This document shows positions 20,798-30,095 of a stretch of DNA of 64,000 nt, piece after piece. This DNA comes from Patescibacteria group bacterium. Lineage in GTDB: Bacteria > Patescibacteriota > Minisyncoccia > Phycocordibacterales > PALSA-1337. The stretch's first letter is position 1. Every line of letters begins with the position of its first letter. Where the stretch lies: positions 88,745 through 152,744 of the forward strand of contig JANLHG010000014.1 of NCBI GenBank assembly GCA_024654575.1, read 5' to 3'. Both the position numbers and the translations under genes were made by a program. The notes under the pieces were generated by a model that worked only from the letters and a program-made list of their open reading frames with translations, had not been told where the DNA came from and searched no databases.

Positions 20798-22417
20798 ATG
20801 AATATAAGGGTTAAGATAAAAAAACATAAGGTTTTATCAAGTTTTGCTTTGATAATTATTTTACTTATCGGATATTATTTCTATGGTAAGATAAATAATT
20901 CTTCAGTCCAAGTTTCTTATGTTTTAGGTAGTGTTGAAAGAGGAGTGATTACAACTTCTGTTTCTGCTAGTGGACAGGTTTCCACTCTAAAACAAGTAGA
21001 TATCAAACCTAAGGCTTCTGGGGATATTGTTTCTGTACCTGTGATAAATGGTCAGGAAGTCAAAGCAGGGACTCTTATTGCTGTGATTGATACAAGAGAT
21101 GCAGAAATAGCTCTTGAAAGTGCTAGAATTGCATTAGCAAAATTAACACAACCAGCGGATGCCGTTTCTCTTATTCAAGCTCAAAATGCTCTTGAAGATG
21201 CAATTCAGTCAAATCAAAAAAGTATAGATGATGGATTTAGTGCTGTTTCTAATGCTTTTTTGGATATGCCCGATGTAGTTATTGGTCTTTCTGATATATT
21301 TTATAAAAATGGAAGTTATCTTAATGAACAAAATGTACTGTATTTAGGAGACACAACTAGAGAATATAGAAATAAAGCCATAATAAGTTTAGGTGTTGCA
21401 AGGAATAAATATGATGCAACCTTGATTCAATACAAAACATTGAGTAGAACAAGCGCTACTTCAAGTATTGAATCGCTTATCGTCAACACTTACGATACAG
21501 TAAAAAGTTTGTCAGATGCTATCAAAGATGCTAAAAACACGATTGACTATGTAATTTCTCAAAAATCAGATCGTGGTCAGAGTTTAGCTGTAAGTGCTAT
21601 AGCTGATGTAAATAATTGGACTGGTAAAATTAATAATAATTTAGTTAATTTATTATCGATTAAAAATAATATCATAAATTTTGCTAGTTCTTTGCGTGAG
21701 AAACAACAATCGCTTATAAAACTAGAAAGTGGACCAGATGCGCTTGATATTCAATCCCAACAATTATCTTTGAAACAAAAAGAATATGCTTATCAAGATT
21801 ACTTTGTTCGTGCACCGTTTGATGGAATTATCGCCAAACTTAATTTAAAGAAAGGTGATTCTGCATCATCTGGTACAGCTATAGCAACATTAATTACTAG
21901 TCAAAAAATCGCTAATATATCACTTAACGAATTAGATGTAGCAAAAATTAAATTAGGTAATAAATCTATACTTTCATTTGATGCGGTGCAAGATCTATCA
22001 ATCACTGGAGAAGTTACTGAAATAGACACCATAGGTACGGTTACTCAAGGTGTCGTAACATATTCTGTGCAGATTACTTTTGACACACAAGATGAAAGAA
22101 TAAAATCAGGAATGAGTGTTTCGGCTTCTATAATAAGTGATTCAAGACAAGATGTATTAAAGGTGCCTAATTCTGCTATTAAAACATCCAGAGGTATTTC
22201 TTCTGTTCAAATGTTGATTAACAATGTCCCAAGTAATATTCCTGTCACAGTTGGAATCTCTAATGATACTGAATCGGAAATAATATCAGGTATAAACGAA
22301 GGAGATTCTATTATCATACGGACAGTTAATTCTTCCTCTCAAACAACTGCAGTATCAGCGACCAGAACACCAAGCTTATTTAATATAGGAGGAGGGACTA
22401 CTCGTAGAGCACAATAA
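20798..22417 (+). CDS. HlyD/MacA-family periplasmic adaptor (membrane fusion protein)
   Basis: N-terminal TM; MFP-type beta-barrel/lipoyl motifs (VSASGQVSTLKQVDIKPKASGDIVSVPVINGQEVKAGTLIAVID...) with a coiled-coil hairpin. Confidence 0.75.
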   Translation: MNIRVKIKKHKVLSSFALIIILLIGYYFYGKINNSSVQVSYVLGSVERGVITTSVSASGQVSTLKQVDIKPKASGDIVSVPVINGQEVKAGTLIAVIDTRDAEIALESARIALAKLTQPADAVSLIQAQNALEDAIQSNQKSIDDGFSAVSNAFLDMPDVVIGLSDIFYKNGSYLNEQNVLYLGDTTREYRNKAIISLGVARNKYDATLIQYKTLSRTSATSSIESLIVNTYDTVKSLSDAIKDAKNTIDYVISQKSDRGQSLAVSAIADVNNWTGKINNNLVNLLSIKNNIINFASSLREKQQSLIKLESGPDALDIQSQQLSLKQKEYAYQDYFVRAPFDGIIAKLNLKKGDSASSGTAIATLITSQKIANISLNELDVAKIKLGNKSILSFDAVQDLSITGEVTEIDTIGTVTQGVVTYSVQITFDTQDERIKSGMSVSASIISDSRQDVLKVPNSAIKTSRGISSVQMLINNVPSNIPVTVGISNDTESEIISGINEGDSIIIRTVNSSSQTTAVSATRTPSLFNIGGGTTRRAQ

Positions 22418-22419
22418 AA

Positions 22420-23094
22420 ATGATAGAGTGTAAAAATATTAAAAAAACGTATGTAAATGGAGATATGGAAACTCCAGCGTTAAAAGGAATTTCCTTTACC
22501 ATAAAAGATGGTGAATTTGTAGCTATTATGGGTCCGTCAGGCTCTGGAAAATCAACTCTTATGCATATTTTAGGTGCTTTAGATATTCCAACTTCTGGGA
22601 CATATCATCTTGATGGCGAAGACGTTTCTAGACTTTCTGATGATGAATTGGCCGATATTCGTGGTAAAAAAATAGGTTTTGTTTTTCAATCTTTTAACCT
22701 TCTTTCTCGTACGAATGTGTTACGAAATGTTATGTTACCACTTGTCTATGCTGATATCCCATTAGTTGATAGAGAAAAAATAGCAAGAAAATCTCTTTTA
22801 TCAGCTGGGTTGGTAGAAAATAGATGGCACCATTTATCAAATCAGCTTTCTGGTGGTCAAATTCAAAGAGTAGCGATCGCTCGTGCTTTAGTAAATAATC
22901 CGTCTCTTATTATGGCAGATGAACCGACGGGAAATCTTGACTCAAAAACAGGTGAAATAGTATTGGATACATTTCAAAAACTTAATAAAGAGGAAGGTCG
23001 AACAATTATTCTGATAACTCACGAATATGATGTTGCTAAACACGCAGATAGAATTATTCATATAAGAGACGGTTTAATTTATGACAATATCTGA
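22420..23094 (+). CDS. ABC transporter ATP-binding protein (MacB/LolD-type)
   Basis: Walker A GPSGSGKST, signature [15 protein letters not shown], Walker [12 protein letters not shown]. Confidence 0.9.
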   Translation: MIECKNIKKTYVNGDMETPALKGISFTIKDGEFVAIMGPSGSGKSTLMHILGALDIPTSGTYHLDGEDVSRLSDDELADIRGKKIGFVFQSFNLLSRTNVLRNVMLPLVYADIPLVDREKIARKSLLSAGLVENRWHHLSNQLSGGQIQRVAIARALVNNPSLIMADEPTGNLDSKTGEIVLDTFQKLNKEEGRTIILITHEYDVAKHADRIIHIRDGLIYDNI

Positions 23095-24292
23095 TTTATT
23101 ACACGAAACAACAATAGCCCTTCTTGGAAATAAAGTTAGGTCAGGACTAACGATGTTGGGGATTGTTATTGGTATTGCCTCAGTTATTGCTATGCTCGCT
23201 ATAGGTCAGGGTGCTAAAAATCAAATTCAATCAAGTATTGAAGGTTTGGGGTCTAATCTTCTAACTATTATGCCTGGAGTTATTCAGCCAGGTAGAGGAA
23301 TTGTTTCGTCAGGTCGAGGTTCTGCTCAAACTTTAAAAAATGAAGATGTTGATGTGATTCAAAAAATTTCAGGTGTAGCATACGTTTCTCCAGAATCATC
23401 TAGAAGATTTCAAATTGTAGCGTCTACGGGCAATAATACAAATAGTACTGTCACAGGAGCGTCATCAGTATATGAAATGGTACATAATATTTCTATTTCT
23501 GATGGTTTTTTTATTTCTGACGCTCATGTTAGAAGTATTAGTAGGGTAGCGGTTTTGGGAGCTACCATAGCTACAGATCTTTATGGCGAAGAAAATCCTA
23601 TTGGTAAAAAAATTCGTATCAATGGTGGCATTTTTACAATTATTGGGTTATTGACAGCTAAAGGAGGGGCTGGTTTTTCTGGTCCAGATGATATGGTGCT
23701 AGTTCCTATTTCAACAATGCAAAAAATATTGAGTGGAAGTGATTATTTATCAATTATTACTGTTAGTGTTACAGATAAAAATACAATGAATGATATTCGT
23801 GATTCTATAAATGATTCATTAATAGTAAAACATAGAGTAGTTGAAGCTGATTTTTCAATTATTTCTCAAGAAGATATTTTGGGGGCACTTTCACAAGTTG
23901 TTACAACCTTTACATTGTTTTTGGCATCAATTGCGGGAATATCTCTTTTGGTGGGCGGAATTGGAATTATGAATATGATGCTGACAACAGTTACGGAACG
24001 AACTAGGGAAATTGGTTTACGTAAAGCCATTGGTGCTAAAAAGAAAGATATTAATAAACAATTTTTAGTTGAAGCGGTGATACTTACTTTTGTTGGTGGA
24101 TTAGTGGGAGTCATTTTTGGATGGTTTATAGCTTTTATTGTTTCTTCTACAGGTTTGGTTCAAGCTAGTGTGAGCTTGTTTTCAATTGTGCTTGCTTTCG
24201 GTGTTTCTACTTTTATAGGTATTATTTTCGGATATTATCCTGCCCGTAGAGCATCGGGACTTAATCCGATAGAGGCGTTGAGGTATGAGTAA
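23081..24292 (+). CDS. ABC transporter permease (FtsX/MacB-type, with a large periplasmic domain)
   Basis: N-terminal TM, a periplasmic domain and three C-terminal TM helices with the FtsX-like motif (ERTREIGLRKAIGA). Confidence 0.85.
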   Translation: MTISDLLHETTIALLGNKVRSGLTMLGIVIGIASVIAMLAIGQGAKNQIQSSIEGLGSNLLTIMPGVIQPGRGIVSSGRGSAQTLKNEDVDVIQKISGVAYVSPESSRRFQIVASTGNNTNSTVTGASSVYEMVHNISISDGFFISDAHVRSISRVAVLGATIATDLYGEENPIGKKIRINGGIFTIIGLLTAKGGAGFSGPDDMVLVPISTMQKILSGSDYLSIITVSVTDKNTMNDIRDSINDSLIVKHRVVEADFSIISQEDILGALSQVVTTFTLFLASIAGISLLVGGIGIMNMMLTTVTERTREIGLRKAIGAKKKDINKQFLVEAVILTFVGGLVGVIFGWFIAFIVSSTGLVQASVSLFSIVLAFGVSTFIGIIFGYYPARRASGLNPIEALRYE

Positions 24293-24938
24293 CTTGGGTA
24301 AGTGACGGAAGCTTTTTTTCTATGTCTTCTATACTCTGAAAACCGTTATAGACCTTATCATTTATCATGATTGCCGGAAGTTGATTACCGATTTCGTATA
24401 AAGATATGATAGTTTTTATGACGCTTGAATCAAGGTCATAGTCAAATGTATAAACTCTCAATTGTGGATATTGTTCTCGGAGAGATGTTAGAACATAACC
24501 TTGTCTTTGACAGTCGTCACAATTTCTTTTGTTTGAATAGAAATAAACAATAATTATTGGACGAATATCACATTTATCTTGGAATTTTTTGATAAGGAGA
24601 AAATCTTTTATTTCAAGTAATGAATAATATTTTTTTAATTGACTAACTTCTTGAGAATCTATTTCATTATGGCTTTCAGCGTACGATAATTTATCAGCAA
24701 GAGAATTTAACTCGTCTGTCAGTATAGAGCCGTCTATTTTTTCACAAGAAGATGTTTCTTGTAATAACTCAAATTGAGTTTCAAGTGTGAGTATATCTAT
24801 GGAAATTTTATCTGCAGTCGCCCTTATCTCATTTATTTTTCTATCATTAAGAGTTTGACTTATCGCAAAAGCGGTAAAGAAAATAATGGTAGTAATGAGA
24901 AATACTAATATGTATTTTTTGATGTTTATTTTAGGCAT
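24261..24938 (-). CDS. Membrane-anchored thioredoxin-fold protein (CxxC)
   Basis: N-terminal TM; CDDC motif in a thioredoxin-like context (IIIVYFYSNKRNCDDCQRQ...LPAIMIN). Confidence 0.45.
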   Translation of the reverse strand: MPKINIKKYILVFLITTIIFFTAFAISQTLNDRKINEIRATADKISIDILTLETQFELLQETSSCEKIDGSILTDELNSLADKLSYAESHNEIDSQEVSQLKKYYSLLEIKDFLLIKKFQDKCDIRPIIIVYFYSNKRNCDDCQRQGYVLTSLREQYPQLRVYTFDYDLDSSVIKTIISLYEIGNQLPAIMINDKVYNGFQSIEDIEKKLPSLTQVTHTSTPLSD

Positions 24939-24944
24939 AAAGTT

Positions 24945-26198
24945 TTATCTCCAGGGTGATACTTTTGAGGTTATTGTGTTATACACAGCTTTTGTTAGCC
25001 AGAAGGGACTTATAAAACTATAAAATAAAATAAAATAAAATATATCACGAGATAATTTTATATTGCCTTCAGCCATTTTTTTACCGATAAATATGAAAGC
25101 GATGGTAAAAATGATTGTGACTAGGGCTAAGATTGAAATTGATTCTGTGTTCACAAAAAACCAATCAAAATGAGGTAAGCTAAAATTGAAACCAATGGTA
25201 TTCATTTTTATTATTTTTTCTATGATGTAATGACCTATGTTATATAATATTGTACCAAGTACATAGAGGGCTATGAAAATAGAAATGAAAGAAAATGGTA
25301 AAGTAAACACTCCCATGTTGCCGTATTTTTTCTTGAAAAATAGATGTCTGTAGTCTAAACAATTTTTTAAAAAACCTGACATCCAACGGACTCTTTGAAC
25401 ATGAAGTTTGCGGATGGTAGATGGAGCTACGGTATAGACAAAAGCATTTGAGCAGTTAGCTATTTTATAACCATTTTCTTGCATGCGAAAGGCAATTTCC
25501 ATATCTTCTGTATTATGGGCATGCTTGTATTCTCCTAAATTATCAAAAACTTTTTTTCTAAAAATAGAAAGAGGTCCGGGGGTAACATGAATTGCATCAA
25601 TTTTTGCCATTAAATGTCTTCCTAAAATACCGAAATTATATTCCGCTTTTTGCATAAATTGAATTATGTTTTTTGGTTTATGAATTCGTATTGCTGGAGT
25701 AACGGCCATAATTTTCGGGTCATCAAAGTAGGGAATCATTCTTTTTAACGCTTGTGGGTCAACAAATGAATCGGCATCAAGACCTGCAACTAATTCGCTA
25801 TTATTTTCTCTTAATCCTAAGTTTAATGCTGTATGTTTTCCACCATTTTCCTTTTTAATCAATTTAATTTGAGAATATTTTTCAGTTAATTTTTTAACCA
25901 CATTAAAAGTATTATCAGTACTTCCATCATCTATAACAATGAAGCTCAATTTATCTTTTGGATAATCAAGGTTGAGTAGTGAAAGAATGGTTTCAGTCAC
26001 AGTGTTTTCTTCATTGAAACACGGAACGGTTATATTTATAGTTGGCCATTTTCTTTGTTTATCACCTAATTTTTCTTCAAAAAACCTGTTGTTTTTCTCT
26101 AACAAAGTAACTAAAAGAAAAATTTGAAAATATAATCCGACAAATATGAATATATAAAGCATTACTAACACTATAGCTATTTCTATCCAATTCTGCAA
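24945..26198 (-). CDS. Family 2 glycosyltransferase with flanking TM helices
   Basis: INITVPCFNEE...FIVIDDGSTDNT with DxD-type motifs; TM helices at both ends. Confidence 0.8.
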   Translation of the reverse strand: MQNWIEIAIVLVMLYIFIFVGLYFQIFLLVTLLEKNNRFFEEKLGDKQRKWPTINITVPCFNEENTVTETILSLLNLDYPKDKLSFIVIDDGSTDNTFNVVKKLTEKYSQIKLIKKENGGKHTALNLGLRENNSELVAGLDADSFVDPQALKRMIPYFDDPKIMAVTPAIRIHKPKNIIQFMQKAEYNFGILGRHLMAKIDAIHVTPGPLSIFRKKVFDNLGEYKHAHNTEDMEIAFRMQENGYKIANCSNAFVYTVAPSTIRKLHVQRVRWMSGFLKNCLDYRHLFFKKKYGNMGVFTLPFSFISIFIALYVLGTILYNIGHYIIEKIIKMNTIGFNFSLPHFDWFFVNTESISILALVTIIFTIAFIFIGKKMAEGNIKLSRDIFYFILFYSFISPFWLTKAVYNTITSKVSPWR

Positions 26199-26222
26199 AT
26201 TTTATGTATACTTCTTTGTAAT

Positions 26223-27098
26223 ATGATTCAGTCAACTATTTTAACAACTAAAAAGGATTCAGATTATGAATTACTAGATAGTGGAGAAGGTCAAAAACTT
26301 GAACGTTTTGGTAACGTTATTTTATCTCGCCCTGACCCACAAGTGCTTTGGCATAAAGAATTGTCAAAAGAAGAATGGCAAAAAAGCGATGGATATTTTG
26401 ATAATGGTGAATGGAAATTAAATAAAAATGTTCCTAGCGATTGGCAGATAGAAATGTCGGGATTAAAATTTTTAATAAAACCAACAGCGTTCAAACATAC
26501 AGGGATTTTTCCAGAGCAGTTATCTAACTGGGAGTGGTTGAAGGGGGTAGTTAAAGAGGGAACAGAAGTACTTAATCTTTTTGGTTACACAGGAGGAGCT
26601 TCACTTATTTGTGCTAAAGCTGGGGCGAAAGTAGTTCATGTTGATAGTTCAAAATCAGCAATTACTTGGGCCAAAGAGAACGCTAAACTTTCTGGACTTG
26701 CTGATAAACCAATTCGTTGGATTCTTGATGATGCACAAGCGTTTGTGGAAAGGGAAATTAAAAGAGGTAGAAAATATGATGGAATTATTATGGATCCGCC
26801 ATCATTTGGTCATGGGCCGAATAATGAACTTTGGAAAATTGAAGAACATTTTTTGAATCTTATGGATAATTGCTTAAAAAAACTTCTTTCTGATAAACCA
26901 ATTTTCTTTTTAGTTAGTGGTTACTCTGCTGGCTATTCTGCAATTGCCTATAAAAATAGTTTGTTTCCTTTGCAAGAAAAGTTGGGTGGTTCTGTAGAAT
27001 ACGGTGAATTAACTATCCAAGAATCTCGTTCAGAAAGATTACTCCCTTGTGGTATTTTCGCAAGGTGGTCCACCCCAGAGGCAAGACCTATGGGGTAA
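26223..27098 (+). CDS. Class I SAM-dependent methyltransferase (RlmI/YccW-like catalytic domain, no PUA)
   Basis: LNLFGYTGGASL...VVHVDSSKSAI...DGIIMDPPSFG. Confidence 0.7.
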   Translation: MIQSTILTTKKDSDYELLDSGEGQKLERFGNVILSRPDPQVLWHKELSKEEWQKSDGYFDNGEWKLNKNVPSDWQIEMSGLKFLIKPTAFKHTGIFPEQLSNWEWLKGVVKEGTEVLNLFGYTGGASLICAKAGAKVVHVDSSKSAITWAKENAKLSGLADKPIRWILDDAQAFVEREIKRGRKYDGIIMDPPSFGHGPNNELWKIEEHFLNLMDNCLKKLLSDKPIFFLVSGYSAGYSAIAYKNSLFPLQEKLGGSVEYGELTIQESRSERLLPCGIFARWSTPEARPMG

Positions 27099-27107
27099 AA
27101 TTAACTT

Positions 27108-27938
27108 ATGTCAAAAATTCTAGATGGAAAAGTAATTAAAATGGAAAGGAAAGAGAAGTTCAGGGAAGCTTTTGCGGAGCTTGGTTTTGTTTCAACATTG
27201 GCTATTATTCAAATAGGTAATCGTGAAGATTCAAATTCATATATTGCTAGCAAAAAAAAGTTTGGCACAGAAATAGGTGTGAAGGTGGAACACATTATTT
27301 TTCCAGAAAATGTTCACGAAAATGAAATTATTGCTAAAATAACAGAATTAAATGATGATAAAAATGTAAACGGCATTATTGTTCAATTACCTATGCCAGT
27401 CAGTATTGATAAAGATAAAGTCATTGATTCAATAAATCCCAAAAAAGATGTTGATGGTTTGACTAGTACAAGTTTGAAATATCTTTATGAAGGGAAAGAA
27501 GGAGGATTTGTCCCAGCGACGACACTCGGCATTCTTAATTTGCTTGATTATTATAAAATTCCGTTGGAGGGTAAAAAAGTGACAATTGTCGGCAGGTCTT
27601 CTTTGGTAGGTAAACCGACAATGTTGGCGTTATTAAATGAAGATGCAACGGTGACAATTTGTCATAGTAAAACATTAAATCTCAAAGAACATACACAAAA
27701 TGCAGATATTTTGATTGTGGCTATAGGTAGAGCCAAATTTATTAATCATGAATTTGTATCATCTGGGCAAATTGTTATTGATGTAGGGACTAATATGGTA
27801 GACGGAAAGATAGTGGGGGATGTGGATTTTGATGAGGTGTTTGATATCGTTGAAGCTATTACTCCAGTCCCCGGAGGTGTCGGGCAAATGACAGTACTTT
27901 CTCTTTTTGAAAATGTCTTGAAATCTTGCAAAAAATAG
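27108..27938 (+). CDS. folD: Bifunctional methylenetetrahydrofolate dehydrogenase/cyclohydrolase
   Basis: GIIVQLPMP...VTIVGRSSLVGKPTMLALL...ITPVPGGVGQMTV. Confidence 0.9.
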   Translation: MSKILDGKVIKMERKEKFREAFAELGFVSTLAIIQIGNREDSNSYIASKKKFGTEIGVKVEHIIFPENVHENEIIAKITELNDDKNVNGIIVQLPMPVSIDKDKVIDSINPKKDVDGLTSTSLKYLYEGKEGGFVPATTLGILNLLDYYKIPLEGKKVTIVGRSSLVGKPTMLALLNEDATVTICHSKTLNLKEHTQNADILIVAIGRAKFINHEFVSSGQIVIDVGTNMVDGKIVGDVDFDEVFDIVEAITPVPGGVGQMTVLSLFENVLKSCKK

Positions 27939-27961
27939 AAGTTCTAGTATACTAATTTCAT

Positions 27962-28189
27962 ATGGTTAATCGAATGCGAGCCACTCGAGCACATCGAGAT
28001 AATAGACGGTCTCATCACGCACTTCAAGCGAACCGTCTTTCTAAGTGTAAAGATTGCGGTACTCTCCATTTGAGACACCGATTATGTCTAAATTGCGGAA
28101 AATATCGAGGTAGAATGCTGATTGATGTTAAAGAGATAATTGCCAAGAAAGAAAAGAGAACAAAGGAACGGGAAAAAGTAGCACATTAA
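27962..28189 (+). CDS. rpmF: 50S ribosomal protein L32
   Basis: Basic N-terminus (RATRAHRDNRRSHHAL) and LHLRHRLCLNCGKYRGR, matching L32. Confidence 0.75.
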   Translation: MVNRMRATRAHRDNRRSHHALQANRLSKCKDCGTLHLRHRLCLNCGKYRGRMLIDVKEIIAKKEKRTKEREKVAH

Positions 28190-28201
28190 ATTAATTAAAA
28201 A

Positions 28202-29110
28202 ATGAGTAACAGGCACCTCTCAAGGTCAATAGTTCTCCAGACACTCTTTGAGTGGGATTTTAGAGGTCAAAATAATAGCGAAATTCAAAACATTATAAGA
28301 CGTGATATTGACGAGTTTGCACCTGGAATGGGAGATATTTCTTTTGTTGAAAAACTGATAAATAATATTCTTGAAAAGCGTTTTGATTTGGATAAGATAA
28401 TTGAAAAAGCGGCGCCAGATTGGCCGATTGATAAAATATCCATCACTGATAGAAATATTTTACGTATCGGGCTTTATGAGCTTTTATTTGCTGATAGAAA
28501 TGAGGTACCAGCAAAAGTAGCAATAAATGAATCTATAGAATTAGCCAAAACCTTTGGTGGAGAAAATAGCGGAAAATTTATAAACGGTGTACTTGGTTCT
28601 GTTTATAAAGAAATAGGTGAGCCAGGTAAAGATGCGGTATCAAAAAATAGAGTCAGAAAACCTGAAGCTGTACCTTATGAAAAAATTCCAGTTAAAAAAC
28701 TGGGTGGGGCAGTAGTATATGCTAAAGATGAAAATGGTGAAATATATCTTGCCTTGGTCCATGATATTTTTGGACACTGGACTCTTAGTAAAGGAAAAAT
28801 AGAAGAAGGAGAAGATGAAATTCAAGCTACGATACGAGAGGTTGGTGAAGAACTTGGTCTTAATAATTTGAAAATAAAAGAAAAACTCGGCGAAAACGAA
28901 TATGTCGCTTCACATCCAGAGAGTGGTAAACTACGCAAACACGTGATGTATTTTTTGGTTGAATCAAAATTTGATGAAGTTAAGCTTGAAAAAGAAAAAG
29001 GCGGACTTGATGACGCGAAATGGTTTAAACTTGCTGATATTCTTGAACTTAATTTTTATAATGATATTTTACCAATTGTTACCAAAGCCATAACTATTCT
29101 TTCATCATGA
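28202..29110 (+). CDS. nusB: NusB-like antitermination factor fused to a C-terminal NUDIX hydrolase domain
   Basis: The N-terminal roughly 140 aa resemble NusB (SRSIVLQTLFEWDF...RIGLYELLF...IELAKTFGGENSGKFINGVLGSV). The C-terminus carries a Nudix box, GKIEEGEDEIQATIREVGEELGL (Gx5Ex7REVxEExGL). Confidence 0.7.
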   Translation: MSNRHLSRSIVLQTLFEWDFRGQNNSEIQNIIRRDIDEFAPGMGDISFVEKLINNILEKRFDLDKIIEKAAPDWPIDKISITDRNILRIGLYELLFADRNEVPAKVAINESIELAKTFGGENSGKFINGVLGSVYKEIGEPGKDAVSKNRVRKPEAVPYEKIPVKKLGGAVVYAKDENGEIYLALVHDIFGHWTLSKGKIEEGEDEIQATIREVGEELGLNNLKIKEKLGENEYVASHPESGKLRKHVMYFLVESKFDEVKLEKEKGGLDDAKWFKLADILELNFYNDILPIVTKAITILSS

Positions 29111-29802
29111 TTGATTTTAGCCAATTTGAAAAAAAAGCGGATGTTGTTTTTAAAGATAAAATGCTATTAAAGCAGGCCTTTTTACATCGTTCTTATTTAA
29201 ATGAAAATAAAAATTCTGGGTTGGCTCATAATGAACGGCTGGAGTTTTTGGGGGATGCAGTACTTGAACTTGTCGCTACTGATTTTTTATTTAAGCGTTA
29301 TCCCAAAAAAAATGAAGGAGAATTAACTTCATATCGTGCGGCTTTGGTCAATACACAGAGTTTAAGTAAGGCATCAACTGAACTCGGAATTAATGAATAT
29401 CTTCTTTTATCAAAAGGTGAAGCTAAAGATACAGGTAGAGCTAGACTTATTATTCTGGCTGATGCGATGGAAGCTGTGATCGGAGCTATTTATTTGGACA
29501 GGGGATATATTTCGGCCAAGAAATTTATTGAAAAGAATATTTTTGAATTTATGGATATTGATGAGATTGTTAGAAAAAAACTTTGGATGGATTCTAAAAG
29601 TAATTTTCAGGAAAAAGCTCAGGACAAAACGGGCTTTACTCCTTCTTATAAAACAATTAAAGAAACAGGTCCCGACCACAGTAAACATTTTTTTATGGCG
29701 GTTTTTGTCGGTGATAAACAAGTGGCTATTGGTGAAGGTGAATCAAAACAGGAAGCGGAACAAGATGCGGCGGAAAAAGCGCTTGCAGTTAAGGGATGGT
29801 GA
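29107..29802 (+). CDS. rnc: Ribonuclease III
   Basis: ERLEFLGDAVLELV signature plus a dsRBD C-terminus. Confidence 0.9.
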   Translation: MIDFSQFEKKADVVFKDKMLLKQAFLHRSYLNENKNSGLAHNERLEFLGDAVLELVATDFLFKRYPKKNEGELTSYRAALVNTQSLSKASTELGINEYLLLSKGEAKDTGRARLIILADAMEAVIGAIYLDRGYISAKKFIEKNIFEFMDIDEIVRKKLWMDSKSNFQEKAQDKTGFTPSYKTIKETGPDHSKHFFMAVFVGDKQVAIGEGESKQEAEQDAAEKALAVKGW

Positions 29803-29820
29803 GGTTATAATTGAAATATT

Positions 29821-30075
29821 ATGATGGATGCAAATAAATTAGGAGCGGATTTCGCTAGATTAAAAGCTGATTTTGATAAGAAGCTTCATGAATTTACTGA
29901 TAAGAGTCGTCAGATTGAACAAGAATTACATACTAAAGAAGGAAGACAAAAAGAATTGGAAAGAGAACTAGATAAATTGAAGATAGAAATTCCTCCACTT
30001 AGACATAACCTTGACCATCTAAAAGAGGAACATAGAAATTACGAACAACAGTTTAAACAATTGGGAGGAAGATAG
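29821..30075 (+). CDS. Small coiled-coil protein, hypothetical
   Basis: 84 aa, entirely heptad-like and charged; lies upstream of the SMC-like gene. Confidence 0.35.
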   Translation: MMDANKLGADFARLKADFDKKLHEFTDKSRQIEQELHTKEGRQKELERELDKLKIEIPPLRHNLDHLKEEHRNYEQQFKQLGGR

Positions 30076-30095
30076 AAAAATGGTAATATTGAAGT

